64,000 nt of DNA from Camelus dromedarius (GCF_036321535.1 NC_087459.1:31124001-31188000), one strand, 5' to 3'. Counted from the first letter of the stretch, positions 1 to 11,533 are shown. Notes: generated by a model from the letters alone, not told the origin. Numbers and translations are program-made.

Positions 1-399
1 GCCCCTCCCCTCTCCCAGCTGTAATGCTGTAGGTTGGAGGACGAATGCCTGGTCTGGGAGATTGATTTCCGATGTAGACTTACATGTTTGAAACATTTTG
101 TTTTAGAAGATTTTAACAAAATTATTGAAGCAGTAAATGAATACGGTAGCCAGTCAGGCAGCACAGAAACAAAGAAAAGAAGTAATATTTCCCTCCTCCC
201 CGGGCGCCCCGTGGGGGTTTCCTTTCACACTTCCCACTTTTCTAAAACGGCAAACTGGCCCCGTCCCTGGAATCATGTGACCGTGGGCAGCCGAGGTACT
301 GGCTGCGTAGACCTATGTCTCAGGAGTCTGTCTATTCCAAAGTTTCTGAAGGTTTTGAAAGACTGAGACTGTTGCTGACTTGCTACCTGGAGTCTGAAT

Positions 400-870
400 G
401 ACTTAATAAATGACTGGTTATTTGCCAGGCATCACCTGTTTCCTGTAGGCTCTGTGTTGATACCAGGAAGATGAAGATGAATCAGGGCCAGTCCCCAGGT
501 TTGCAGTCTTCGGGCCAAGGCAGACCCAGAAGCACCCAAATATATATCATCTGTGCTATGATAGAGGTTGCACAGGCAGCTGTGGGAGTCCAAAGGGAAG
601 AGCCACTCTCTCTGCCTAGGAGTGCCCCAGGAAGAGAAAGGAGGGAAGGAGGTTCCCAGCAGGCAACTTGAGCAGTGGCCCGGAGGTGAGAGAAAGCAAC
701 TTACAACCCTGTCTGGATGGCGTATGAAGGTGGGGATTGAGGAAGATTTTTCAGTGCCAGGGGGCCATTTGACCTGGGCTCTGAAGGCTGAATAGGAGTT
801 TACCAGGTGGAGAAGAGGGAAAGGGACTTTTAAGCAGAAGGAACAGCGTGTGGAAGGTCCAGAGGCATGA
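400..870 (-). mobile_element. L2 fragment(s)
   Basis: Typical antisense L2 text (ctgggctctgaaggctgaataggagtttaccagg...gcagaaggaacagcgtgtggaagg). Confidence 0.55.
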
Positions 871-1626
871 TGACTGTGGGCCATGGGGAGCGCTTTCCTG
901 GGGTGGGGGGAGACTGTAGGGACTGAGTCAGGGATGGGAGACAAAGGAAGTAAATCCCCTGGAACACAGAGTCTTCTAGCCCACGCAGAGGCCGCCTGGC
1001 ATTTTTGTTCTTGGCCTTGGCACAGGCATTAATGCTTTTAGTCCTCCAGGGCATTGCCTTGGGTGGTGGGACGTAGGAGTCTCGGGGACCTGAAAGTCTT
1101 AGTGTGAACTTTCCAACGTGGGAGGGACTGACAAAGCCAGGGTCCAGGGGGACTGGGGATCATGAATGACTTGTGGCCGGGGCCGCTCTGACCACTGGCC
1201 AATGAAGTGCTGGTTTCAGGGTCTGGGAAAGGGCTCTGTCCCATCTCTTCCTTTGCTTCCAGATCCATAACCAGTCCTCCTGGAGAGGATGACCAGATGC
1301 GTTATGCCACATACTTCCCACGTCATTATACAGGTTTAAAGGCTGATTTTCAGTTATACAAGTAAAACCTGAACATCATCTTATAAAAATTCAAACACGA
1401 TAGGTCAAATTATCTTCCACCCAATCCTGGAATTTAAAAAATGACGAGAGGAAGACATCCGTGACCAGCACCCCCAAATCCGTCCATCCCTCTTGATTTC
1501 CTCTGGCCTCTTTTTCTGCGTTTACCATTCTTCTGTTGTTAAGCATTCAAGTTAATTCCCGTGACTAGTGTTCGTCCCGCTCTCTGTGACTTTTAGTCAC
1601 AAGCCAGGTTTTTAATGAATCTAACT

Positions 1627-2191
1627 CAGTGCTTCTCACCAGGGAACTTTAGAATTACCGATGCCTGGGTCCCAGCCCCAGAGAGTCCAGCCTGTTTGGT
1701 CGAGGGCGTAGCCTGGGCATCGGCAGATTTAAAAGCTTCCCAGGTGATCCTTTTACTTGGCATTAAAAATTGCCAAGAAACTGACATGACAAAAATCAGC
1801 TATTTTAAAGTGAACTGTCCAACGGCATTTAGTACATTCACAGTGTTGTGCCACCGCCACCTCTATTCAGTAAACGTTCCCACCACCCTGAAAGGAACCC
1901 CTGTACCCATTAAGCAGCTTCTCCCCCCACCCCCAGCCCCTGGAGACCCCTAATCTGCTCTCTGCCTCTATGAGTTTGCCTGCTCTGGACATTTCATATA
2001 AGTGGGACTACACAACACGGGACCTTCCGCGTCTGGCTTCTTTCACTGAGCATTGTGTGTCTGAGGCTTATCCTGATGGTGGCAGACGTTATGGCTGAAT
2101 AATATTCCGCTGTATGGTTGGGCTGCTTTATTCATCCATCCGTCCATTTCCTGGGTGGTTCTTAATGTGTGGCCAAGATTGAGAAACACTG
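1627..2191. mobile_element. MER5-type hAT MITE interrupted by an L1MB 3' fragment (about 1755-2146, minus)
   Basis: TIRs cagtgcttctca / tgagaaacactg; internal L1 3'-end text (catttagtacattcacagtgttgtgc...ctggacatttcatataagtgg). Confidence 0.7.
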
Positions 2192-3246
2192 GCCTGACCT
2201 CTTGTGAGTCTCATCTTCAAATTGGATTATTCGTAACTACTTTGCAGGGATGTTGAGGGAAGTACCTGAACTTCCCTGCAAAGTGCGCACCAGTAAGAAA
2301 ACGGTGCCTGGACTCCCGGGGGAGCTTCCCGGGGAGAGGCGAGGACACCCACTCTCTGAGCACCGCCGTGTGCCAGGTGCCCGCATGGGCTCTGGAGCCG
2401 TACTGTCTCCTGATGCCTGCAGGCTACGGCTACAGTCTCCTTTTACACACAAGGAAGCTGCAGCCCAGAGACGTTAAGGCATTTCCCCTGTGTCACACAG
2501 CAGCTAAGGGACCAGGCAGGGATTTTCCACCCGACTCTGCCTGACTCCCGAGGCCTGCCCCCTCCAGTTCAGGAGGAGAGTCAACTTTCTGTCCTAATCT
2601 CCCTCCCAGCTCAGTTTGGGAGCCCTCCACGTGGAGTTGCCCACCGCACCCCCATCCAGTGTCGTGGCCACTAAGCGTGGTCATCTGAGTGGCAAGGGTT
2701 GGCCACAGAATGGGGATTCTGTTCTCCTGAGAGGAGCAGAAGGCCCACTTCCCTCCATAAGTTGAGCCAGCGGCAACCTGCTAGAAATGCCGACCCTTTT
2801 AAGAGAAATTTCCCACTGTCTTGCAAGCTGCCTAGCTGACTGCCAGCTCTGGTCCAGAACATCCTAAATTTCATCTCTGCATTTCAGCTGTCAAAAATCA
2901 TTCCCTTGTGCCTCTCCTGGGGAATGGGTAAACAAGCCATTATACGTCTTGTACACTGGACTGGTTCCCACCAATGAGAAGGAAGGAACCACTGGTCCAG
3001 GCAGCAGCATGGATGGATCTCACATGCATTAAGCTGAGAGAAAAAAGCCAAACTCAGAAGACCAGGGAAAAAAAAAAAAAGGCTGGAAAGGTTGAGATGA
3101 TGGCCAAGAATGGTAATGTTAGGAGAACTCAGTTTCTTCTCATATAAACCAGGTTTGCCTTAGATACGTTTTCAGTAGAAAATAAGTGAATCCCTGTTTG
3201 GCATTCAAAGCACAGTTTCTTTTCACCTAAGGATACATTTTGAGGT

Positions 3247-3364
3247 GGGGAGGGTGCAGCTCAGGGGCAGGGTGCGTGCTTAGCATGCACGAGGTCCTGG
3301 GTTCAATCCCCAGTCCCTCCTTTTAAACAAATAAATAAATAAACCTAATTAACCCCCCAAAGAA
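3247..3364 (+). mobile_element. tRNA-Ala-derived SINE (camelid Vic-1-like)
   Basis: ggggagggtgcagctcagg...ttagcatgcacgaggtcctgggttcaatcccc head; (aaat)n-aaacctaattaacccc tail. Confidence 0.9.
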
Positions 3365-3947
3365 TACACTTTGACTTTATACAATCAATCCTCTTTAGAT
3401 ATTAAAATAAAAAGATCTGCAGGGCTGCAGTGTGACCCCGTGTATGTGACCCTCCTGGACAGGCAAAGCTGCAGGGACGGGGACAGAGCGGCGGTCATGG
3501 GGCTGCGGGAGGGACTGGGTACAGGCGGCAGGTGCGTGCTTCGGGGCTTGGGGTGGGTGATGGACCTGTTCTTAATCTTGCTTGTGGTGGTGGTTACCCA
3601 ACTCTCCGTTTGCCAAGACTCGTAAAAAGCTGTAGTGGAAAAAGGGAAAGTTTACTGAGTGTAAATTGAAAGGCAAATTGAAACTGAAACAACGAATTCA
3701 TTGTCCTCATCAAATGCCTGCCTAGAGGTTCATGAAGAGAGAAAGGAGGCCACAAGGAGTTAAAGAAAAAGTTCTTGGTTCTTGAGGGCTGTGGGAACTC
3801 TGTTTCTTGGGTGTTTGCCCCTGGCCCCGAGCCCTGTCCCCCTGGCCCCCCCCCCTCTCTTGCCCTATTCAAAGTAGCTGCAGCTTGGGTGGGAGACAAG
3901 GAGAGTTTTGTGGAGCCCAAAAATAAATAAATAACCGTCCACCCTGG

Positions 3948-3971
3948 GTCGCCATGGCAACCGTGACATCA
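3948..3971 (+). promoter_or_regulatory. RFX X-box (GTCGCCATGGCAAC) next to CRE-like TGACATCA
   Basis: 13/14 match to GTTGCCATGGCAAC in unique intronic DNA; motif match only. Confidence 0.5.
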
Positions 3972-4709
3972 CCCTTGGACCCCAGTGGCTGGCACCACCG
4001 GTGGCTTGTTGGTGTTTGTTAAAGGGACAGAGGAGAGGGCAGCCCCGCAGCAGGTGGGGGGGACTTGGCGGTTCCCCCCCGGGGGAAGGGTGTCCGCCAC
4101 GCCCCTTCACAATGGACCTCTGACCCCCACCCCCATCCCCCTGCCCAGCTGGAGGGACTGTAAATTAGCACAGCCTCTTTTGGGGGCTTTTGGGCAGAAT
4201 CCATCGAAGTTTACACTGTGTGTACCTGTGGTAGTGTGTCCAGGGCAGTGTAACCAGTGAACACACACTTAGTGCCCCAAAACAACAGAAATTTGGTCTC
4301 GCGCGGTTCTGGAGGCCAGAAGCCCAAGGAGCTCCAGCCCCTCTGGGCGGTGGTCCCGTGGGCGTGCACCTGTGTAAGACCCATCAGGCTGTTCCCTGGG
4401 GAGCTATACTGTGCGTCAGTTTTGCGTAAAGAAAATTGACAACAGGAAGTGAAGAGGATGCTGCAGCCCAGTATTTAGCGAAGCACTTTGGGGATTAGGC
4501 ACAAAGTGTGGGTAGTCCAGGAGAAGTGTACTAGAGGGAGAAGGTGTGAGGGAGGGAGGGAAGAAGAGGCGGGAAACGGGAGGGGAGGGAAAGAGGACCC
4601 CCCCCCATCACCAGCAGGGGGCCGAGGTCTTCAGGCCTCCTGGGAATTCTGTGACTAGCGCGGCTCCCGGCTTCCCGGCCAAGCTTCCAGGAACTGTGTC
4701 TCCTTCCAG

Positions 4710-4791
4710 GTTTATGAACCACCGAGTCCCCGCCCACAAGAGGTACCAGCCCACGGAGTACGAACATGCCGCCAACTGCGCCACCCATGCT
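4710..4791 (+). CDS. MMD2: MMD2 (PAQR10) coding exon 2, 82 bp
   Basis: tccttccAG|G acceptor and GCT|GTgagt donor; encodes (R)[27 protein letters not shown], matching MMD2 as I recall it. Exon 1 is not in the window. Confidence 0.97.
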
Positions 4792-5010
4792 GTGAGTCGG
4801 CCTTGAGGGGCTGAGAGCTGAGGGGGACACTTCCGGGTGGGGGTCGGGGAGGCAGCTTCTTTGCCCGTGGAGAGATTCAGGGTCTCCATTCCACGGCGAT
4901 GTCCCAAGCGGCCTGTTCCTCAAGCCTTCCGTGGCCCTAGGAAGAGTGAGTGGGACCTCGAGGGAAGACAGCGGCCCTGAGCGTGCCTCTCTTTTGCTTT
5001 AAGATGTAGA

Positions 5011-5320
5011 CTTACGTTGTCCAGCTTGGTAGCCACTGGCCTCGTGCAATTGAAATGCGACTCATCTGAACTGAGGTGTGCTGCGAGTGTAAAATACGCC
5101 CCAGCTTTTGAAGACTTAGTGTGAAAAAAGAATGTAAAACTCTCCTTAATAATTTGTATATTAATTACTAGTTGAAATGATATTTTGGATCTATTGGGCT
5201 AAACAAAATATGTTGTAAAAATTAGTGTCACCCATTTAATTTTCCTTTTTACAAACGTGACTGCTAGGAAACCTGCCATCACCTGTGCCACCTGCATTAC
5301 GGTTCTGTTGGCTGGAGCTG
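5011..5320. mobile_element. MER33-like hAT-Charlie element
   Basis: tgtaaaatac...gaagacttagt...aaaaagaatgtaaaa...ttgaaatgatattttggat matches the recalled consensus. Confidence 0.75.
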
Positions 5321-5666
5321 CTGGAGCCTCTCTCTCTAGAAAACATGCCCCTAACACCCAGAATTGGGCAGACCCTTCCAGGGGCCTCCTGCCCCCGGTG
5401 CTTTGCAGAGTTCTGAGATTTCTCAGGGGGAACATTGGATAAACCACGATTTGCAGAGTGGGGGGTTTTCGAGTAGACATGGTGGGAGGGACGTATTCTT
5501 CAGAGAGAACCACATGTGCAGCAACGCAGCGGCATGAAGCAGCCTGGCCTGCCTGGGGATCTTGAGATCAGGGCATCAGAGGACACAGAGGGTGGGGGCA
5601 GTGGCCAGAGATGCTTCTTGAAGACAGAAGATTTGGTTTTCCATTTTCCCACTGCATCCTCTAGAG

Positions 5667-5881
5667 CTATGCTGTCCAGTATGGTAGCCACTGGCCTTGT
5701 GCAGCTGTTGGAATTGAAACTGAAATCAATTACAATGAAATAAAATGAAAACTTCAGGTCCTCAGTGGTACAAGTCACATTTCAAGTGCTCAGTAACTCC
5801 ATGTGCCTAGCGGCTCCCATATTGGACAGTGCAAGTCTAGAATGTTTCTGCTGTCGTGGGAAGTTCTGCTGAACAGGGCGG
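5667..5881. mobile_element. MER3-like hAT-Charlie element
   Basis: gctgtccagtatggtagccact...cacatttcaagtgctcagta...attggacagtgc...gaagttctgctgaacagggc. Confidence 0.8.
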
Positions 5882-6193
5882 GTCTGGAACCTTCCCTCCA
5901 TCTGGGAAGTTCTGTCACACAGGGTGGGTCTAGAACCTTCCCTCCATCTGGGAAGTTCTGCTGAACAGGGCGGGTCTGGAACCTTCCCTCCATCTGGGAA
6001 GTTCTGTCACACAGGGCGGGTCTGGAACCTTCCCTCCATCTGGGAAGTTCTGTCACACAGGGCGGGTCTGGAACCTTCCCTCCATCTGGGAAGTTCTGTC
6101 ACACAGGGTGGGTCTAGAACCTTCCCTCCATCTGGGAAGTTCTGTCACACAGGGTGGGTCTAGAACCTTCCCTCCATCTGGGAAGTTCTGTCA
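5858..6193. repeat. 46-bp minisatellite, about 7.3 copies
   Basis: gggaagttctg recurs at 5858, 5904, 5950, 5996, 6042, 6088, 6134 and 6180. Confidence 0.98.
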
Positions 6194-6293
6194 GACCTGC
6201 AGATCTGGGTAAGAGGCTCGGGTTGCTCAGGGCGCGGTACGCGCCCGGACCCCACTCCGAGGCGGTCTGGCAGCCCCTCTGCCCCTCTTCCAG

Positions 6294-6454
6294 CTCTGGA
6301 TCATCCCCAGCATCCTTGGCAGCTCCAACCTCTACTTTCTGTCGGACGATGACTGGGAGACCATCTCTGCCTGGATCTACGGCCTCGGCCTCTGTGGGCT
6401 CTTTGTGGTGTCCACCGTGTTCCACACCATCTCCTGGAAGAAGAGCCACCTCAG
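6294..6454 (+). CDS. MMD2: MMD2 coding exon 3, 161 bp
   Basis: cccctcttccAG|CTC acceptor, CAG|GTacct donor; [53 protein letters not shown](R), including the PAQR SxxxH motif. Confidence 0.97.
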
Positions 6455-6847
6455 GTACCTGCGTCCAGCCCGAGGGAAGAGGCGCGTGCCCGGCAGGGTG
6501 ACCAGGGGCCGGAGCCCACGGCGGGCCGAGGGTGAGGCAGGACGCTTCTGGGCACACTTGGCTGAGCCAGGAGGGACCCAGGACGGAAGACCCTTGTGCC
6601 ATCTTTGCCTCTGGCAGACGGAGTTGAGTCCCACCTGGGCGGGCCACCCATGTGATCCTCATTTGCTCGCCTCTGAGCGGCCGAGGGGCAGGCCCCTCCC
6701 TCCCAGGCTCATTATCAGGGACCCTCATAACCATTCTACTAATCTCCCTCTCTGGGCACCCTGGGTGCTGTGCGCTCTGCAGATGTCACTCCTGATCGGT
6801 CCAATAATTCTGCCATTAGAATCCTGGATTTTAATTTTGATTTGTTG

Positions 6848-7290
6848 TGTTTTTAATTTTTAAAAAATCGTGGTAAATACACATGACACAAAAGTTTCCA
6901 TCTTCACCATTTCTAAGTGTGCAGTTCAGTGGCATTAAGTACGTTCACACTGTTGTGCAGCCATCACCACCGTCTGTCCACAGATTTCCATCTTCCCAGA
7001 CCGAAACTCTGTCCTCTTTAAGCACTAACTCCCCAGTGTCTGTGAATTTGACTGCTCTGTGTGCCCCCGTAAGTGGAGTCGTATAATATTTATCCTTTTG
7101 TGAGCACAGTGTCCTCAGGGTTCATCCACGTTGTAGCAGGTGTCAGAATTCCCCGCCTTTTCAAGGCTGAACCGTATTCCGTTGTGTGGAGGGACTGCGC
7201 TTTATCCATTCGTCCGCTGGTGGACCCTTGGGATGCTTCTTCCTTGCGTGACGGGCTCCTCGCATCGGCCCCTTGCATCGGCTCGTCCAT
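6848..7290 (-). mobile_element. L1MB-type 3' end
   Basis: aagtgtgcagttcagtggcattaagtacgttcacactgttgtgcagccatcacc...ggttcatccacgttgtagc. Confidence 0.8.
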
Positions 7291-7579
7291 GTGGCAGCTT
7301 GTGGAATCCCTGACTTGTGGGTGATGACACTGAACTCGGATGGTGATGGGACTTGCTCCAGGTCACGGAGTTGGTCTTGTCCAAGCCAGGGCTGATTCCT
7401 GGATTCCAGGGCCCCCGTGCACAGTCAGGGGCAGCCTGGTCCATTGCAGCAGCTTCAGTGACCACTGGTCCCCACGTCCAAGGCCCCTCTTGCCCCCAGA
7501 AGCCCCGTGACTCTGCTGTGTCCCACCCCCTCCCGTCCCCATTCTTTTCTCTCCGTGGGTCCTGCTTGAACCTTCTGGA

Positions 7580-7835
7580 TGGGTGTCTTGTGGCTGCCAT
7601 GATGAATTACCACACTCTGGGTGGCTTGAAACAACAGGAACTTAATCTCTCATAGTTTCAGAGGGCAGAGGTCCGGGATCAGGGTGTCAGCAGGGCCGTG
7701 CCCCTAGGGGAGGCTCTTTCCCGCCTCTTCCAGCTTCTGGCAGTTCCCACGGTTCCCTGGCTTGCGGCCGCATCACTCTAACCTCCGCCTCTCTTCGCAG
7801 CCTTCCTCCCCATGTGCCTCTGGGCCCCAGTCTCC
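7580..7835 (-). mobile_element. MLT1 (MaLR) LTR fragment, MLT1C-like
   Basis: ttaccacactctgggtggcttgaaacaacagga...ggtgtcagcagggcc...cctcttccagcttctgg. Confidence 0.75.
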
Positions 7836-8679
7836 CTCGGGAGCTTAGCTGTGTGGTTCTGGCTCAAGGCTCCCGATGCAGTCAGGATGCTGGCTGGGGC
7901 CGCCGGCACCTGAAGGCTTGACAGAGCTGGAGAAGCCACTTCTGAGGCGGCTCCCTCACAGGGCTGGCAAGTGGGTGCTGGGGTTTAGGGGGTGCAAAGT
8001 CCTCACGTGGACCTCTCCACGGCCACATGGCTCATTCCCCCCAAAGCCTGTGATCCCAGAGAACAAGGCAGAGGTTGTCATATGGTTTATGCTCTGGCCT
8101 CTGAAACCACACGCCATCATCTCCGCCCCCACCTGCTGATTCCATGTACTTGCCCACCTCGCTGGGGGGTGGGGGCCGCACAGGGGTGTGAATTCCAGCA
8201 GGTGGGGCCCCTCGGGGCTGTTGTGACGGCTGGCTGCCGCCGTGCTCAGACGTACTGAGGACCCGAGGACTGTAACTTGCCCTTCAAGGTGAGGTCGTAG
8301 CAGGAGCAGGCCGATGCTGATGAGCACTGGCCGCTGTGTGCTGTGCTGAGGCCTGGCTCGCCGAGTCCTCCCGGCCGTGTGTGCGGGGTTGTTGGTGCCC
8401 TCCTGTTCCGCAGACCAGGGAACTGAGGCTCAGGAGGGTGGTGACTTGTTCAAGGTCGTGGTCTCCACCTGGTAGGGCTGGACTGGAACCCAGGTCTTCT
8501 GGCTCCGGAGCCTGGACCTGAACCAGAATGCTGGAGCGCAGAGGGTCTTCAGGGAGCACCGAGATTTGTTGGTTTTACTCTTATTTTTTTTAAGGAAAGG
8601 TGAATAGAATAAATAAGCATTTAATTTTCCGTGTTTTCTTCTGTTTGCTATGCTCGTGTGGCATATGCATTTTCTGTTT

Positions 8680-8990
8680 ATTTTTTCATTTTTTATTGAA
8701 GTATAGTTGGTGTACAGTATTACGTAAGTTACAGGTGTACAACATAGTGAGTCACGACTTTTTTACAGGTTGTACTCCATTTATGGTTACGACACCCGGC
8801 GTTGCGCAGTGCATCCTTGTAGCTCATTTATTCTGTACATGATAGCTTGTCCCTCTTACTCCCCGACCCCTATCTTGCCCCTCCCAGAACCTTCTCCCCA
8901 CTGGTAACCACTAGTTTGTTCTCTGTATCTGTTTTTTTTCCTTCTTTTTATTGTCTTGTTTATTATGTTCTCTATATCTGTGAGTCTGTG
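8680..8990 (-). mobile_element. L1 3' end
   Basis: ttattgaagtatagttgg...ggtgtacaacatagtga...ctggtaaccactagtttgttctctgtatctg. Confidence 0.8.
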
Positions 8991-9326
8991 TTTTGTTCTT
9001 ATTTTTAAGCCACTGAATTCTTTATCATTTGAAGTCTTTTGAAAAGCCCAGTATATAAGACAGAGTGCGGAGTTGTTCTGACTACATCACGGGAGGAGGA
9101 TGGCGGGGGTGGGGAGGAGGGTCCTCGGCGGGACCCCTGAAGCGTCTCCATTCAACCCCTAGGGTGACAGGGAGCCTGGTGGGAAAGTCACTGGTCTGGT
9201 CACTCACAGATGGGGACGCTGAGGCCTGAGGGGTCGTGGCTGGATAGAGGCACATCAGTCCTGAGCCCAGGCCACCCCGAAGCATGTTTGTCCAGGGCAG
9301 CCCTGTAACCCGCCTTCTCGCCGCAG

Positions 9327-9401
9327 GACCGTGGAGCACTGCTTGCACATGTCCGACCGCATGGTCATCTACTTCTTCATCGCGGCCTCCTACGCGCCCT
9401 G
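9327..9401 (+). CDS. MMD2: MMD2 coding exon 4, 75 bp
   Basis: ccgcAG|G acceptor, CTG|GTgaga donor; [24 protein letters not shown](W), includes the conserved PAQR Asp; phases match the neighbouring exons. Confidence 0.96.
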
Positions 9402-9807
9402 GTGAGAGTCTCTGTGGGGCCTCGGGGGTACGGGGGGCTGGCTTCCTCTCTGTTCTTTGTTTGAATTTTTTTGTGTCCAGTAGGGTGGTATCTTGGCTCA
9501 ACACAAAAGAACGCAGGTAAAAGATGCCCTCCACCCAGTCCCCCTCCTGGAAGGAACTATGTGGCTCCCATTTCCCGTGTGTCCTTCTGGAGTGATTTTG
9601 TGCAGAATAGAGCAAATGCGTACGTGTGTGTATCTATATAGACATACATTTACATGGGATGCATATGTATATATGCAAATACACAGTCTTATATTTATAA
9701 ACATACTTTCCTACTGTTTTCCTTTTGTTTTTTTATTTTTTTATTCTTTCTGCTTTCCTACTTTTTTATGGCTCACAAGTTAATTTGCTTTGCTTTGCTT
9801 TGGAGCA

Positions 9808-9922
9808 GGGAGAGGTAACCAGATTTGTTTATTTACTTATTTTCATGGAGGTGCTGGGGATTGACCCCAGGACCTCATGCATGCTAGGCATGCCCTCTAC
9901 CATGGAGCTACACCCTCCCCCC
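9808..9922 (-). mobile_element. tRNA-Ala-derived SINE (Vic-1-like)
   Basis: Reverse complement of the same head (atggaggtgctggggattgaccccaggacctc...gagctacaccctcccc) and tail. Confidence 0.9.
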
Positions 9923-10008
9923 TCACAAGTTTATTTTTATTACTTTTTTAGGTGAAAACTTAAAAAAATTTTTTTGATGCTTTCCTACTTGTAATACAAA
10001 AGGAAATC

Positions 10009-10150
10009 GGGGGAAGGGCATAGCTCAAGTGGTAAGGCACATGCTTAACATGCTTAGGGTCCTGGGTTCAATCCCCAGTACCTCCTCCCAAAATAAATAA
10101 ACCCAATTACCTCCCCCCTAAAATGAAAAAAAAAACATTTAAATTAATAT
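10009..10150 (+). mobile_element. tRNA-Ala-derived SINE (Vic-1-like) with TSD
   Basis: Head and tail present; direct repeat aaaaggaaat at 9998-10007 and 10151-10160. Confidence 0.9.
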
Positions 10151-11533
10151 AAAAGGAAATATGCTATACAGACTCTGTAGTTTGCTTTCATTCTCTTAGT
10201 TGTGTACTTCGGGACACCTTTCCACATTAGTATTTTGCAGATTTCTGTACTCTTTTTTGATGGCAGCATAATGTTCCCTGGCCACCCTATTTATGGGTAT
10301 TTATGACCTTGGGACACACCCTTTCTTTGCTGTAACAAACAGGGCTGCATTGACTGTCCCTGCTGGTGTCTAGGTTAGCACACGCACTTGGTCACGTTGG
10401 CTCGAATCAGGTGGAATTGTTAAGAGGCAACCCTTTTTTGATCTACCCAAATGGCGGGGCCCCTACAGTGAGCAGATCTTTGTTGGGGAGAGCCAAGAAC
10501 TGGACGCCGGGCATGGGAGCAGGTCTCAGCCATCTGGTTAGCTGTCGCTGGGCCACCCTGCACAGTTTGTACTGGTTAAGTTCCCCCAGCCGGCGCCTCA
10601 GGGTTTTCGGAAGTCCTGGACTAAAGAAACACTCCGGTCAGGTCGCGTGCTGGGAGCCTGGGAGCCTGCAGAGCCCCGTGAGGGGAGAAGGACCCCTCCC
10701 CTCACCTTTTGAGCATGTTCTGCGGGGCCAGGACACTGAGGCTCTCGTCGACAGAGGGGGTTCTCGACAGGACAGTGATGGCATGGTGGGGCGGGCCTGT
10801 GTGCACGCAGCCACGCAGCTCAGAGGGCGCCCCGAACAGTCACGGAGTCGGACAGCACGAGGTTCTGGTCCTGGACCAGCTTTCCCAGCCACGCCCCCTG
10901 GGATGATTGCCGAGTCTCTCTGAGCCTCAGTTTCCTGACCAGTAAAACGGAGACAATGATAGTGCACCCTTGCTGGTGCTGCAGCGAAGAGAGATGAGCT
11001 GAGGGCACAGTGACCAGCGCACAGACGTCATTCACGGGATTAATGAGGCAGGCCCATGTCCTGAATGATACAAATAATCAAGTGTGACCCAGAGTCTTCC
11101 TTCCCCAAGGCTTCAGAAAACAAACAAAACAGAATTATACAGATTGAGGAGGGCAAAAGAAAAATTACGTCCACTGCTGGACAAGGAAAAAGACGGTGCC
11201 GTGATTTGAGAGCCAGAAGGTTCCGGAACAGAGTGAAGCAGCAGCAGGGTGCGTGAGATTCTGCGTCACCCGTCAGCAGCCACCCTGGGGGTTCCTGCCA
11301 GTAGCTCACACTTGCAGAGGGCATCCTGGTCTTTCGTCTCTACTGACTGGAGGCCGCCAGAGGAGGTTCCGTGAGGAAAGTGTGAGGTGAGGAGGTGAGT
11401 AATGGGGGCAGCGCCTGGGGCGCAGCCGTCCAGCGGCGCCGGCGGCTTTGGACTGTGTCGGCTTCACTAAGCTGGACCACATTTTCTAGGATTCCCTCCC
11501 CTGTGCACGCCGGGTGGGAAGGTGGAAGGGCAA

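Noticed and set aside
71-5015. Exact 13-mer gatgtagacttac at 71 and 5003
   Set aside because: Tens of 13-mer coincidences are expected by chance in 64 kb.
5858-6193. CRISPR-like array of palindromic repeats
   Set aside because: No unique spacers (units differ only at a few recurrent positions), no cas genes, mammalian intron.
6230-6246. GGGCGCG-gta-CGCGCCC hairpin before exon 3
   Set aside because: A 7-bp stem is expected by chance in GC-rich DNA of this length.
6114-6734. 206-aa minus-strand ORF and other ORFs around exon 3
   Set aside because: Antisense shadow of MMD2 exon 3 plus minisatellite units; no independent coding signature.
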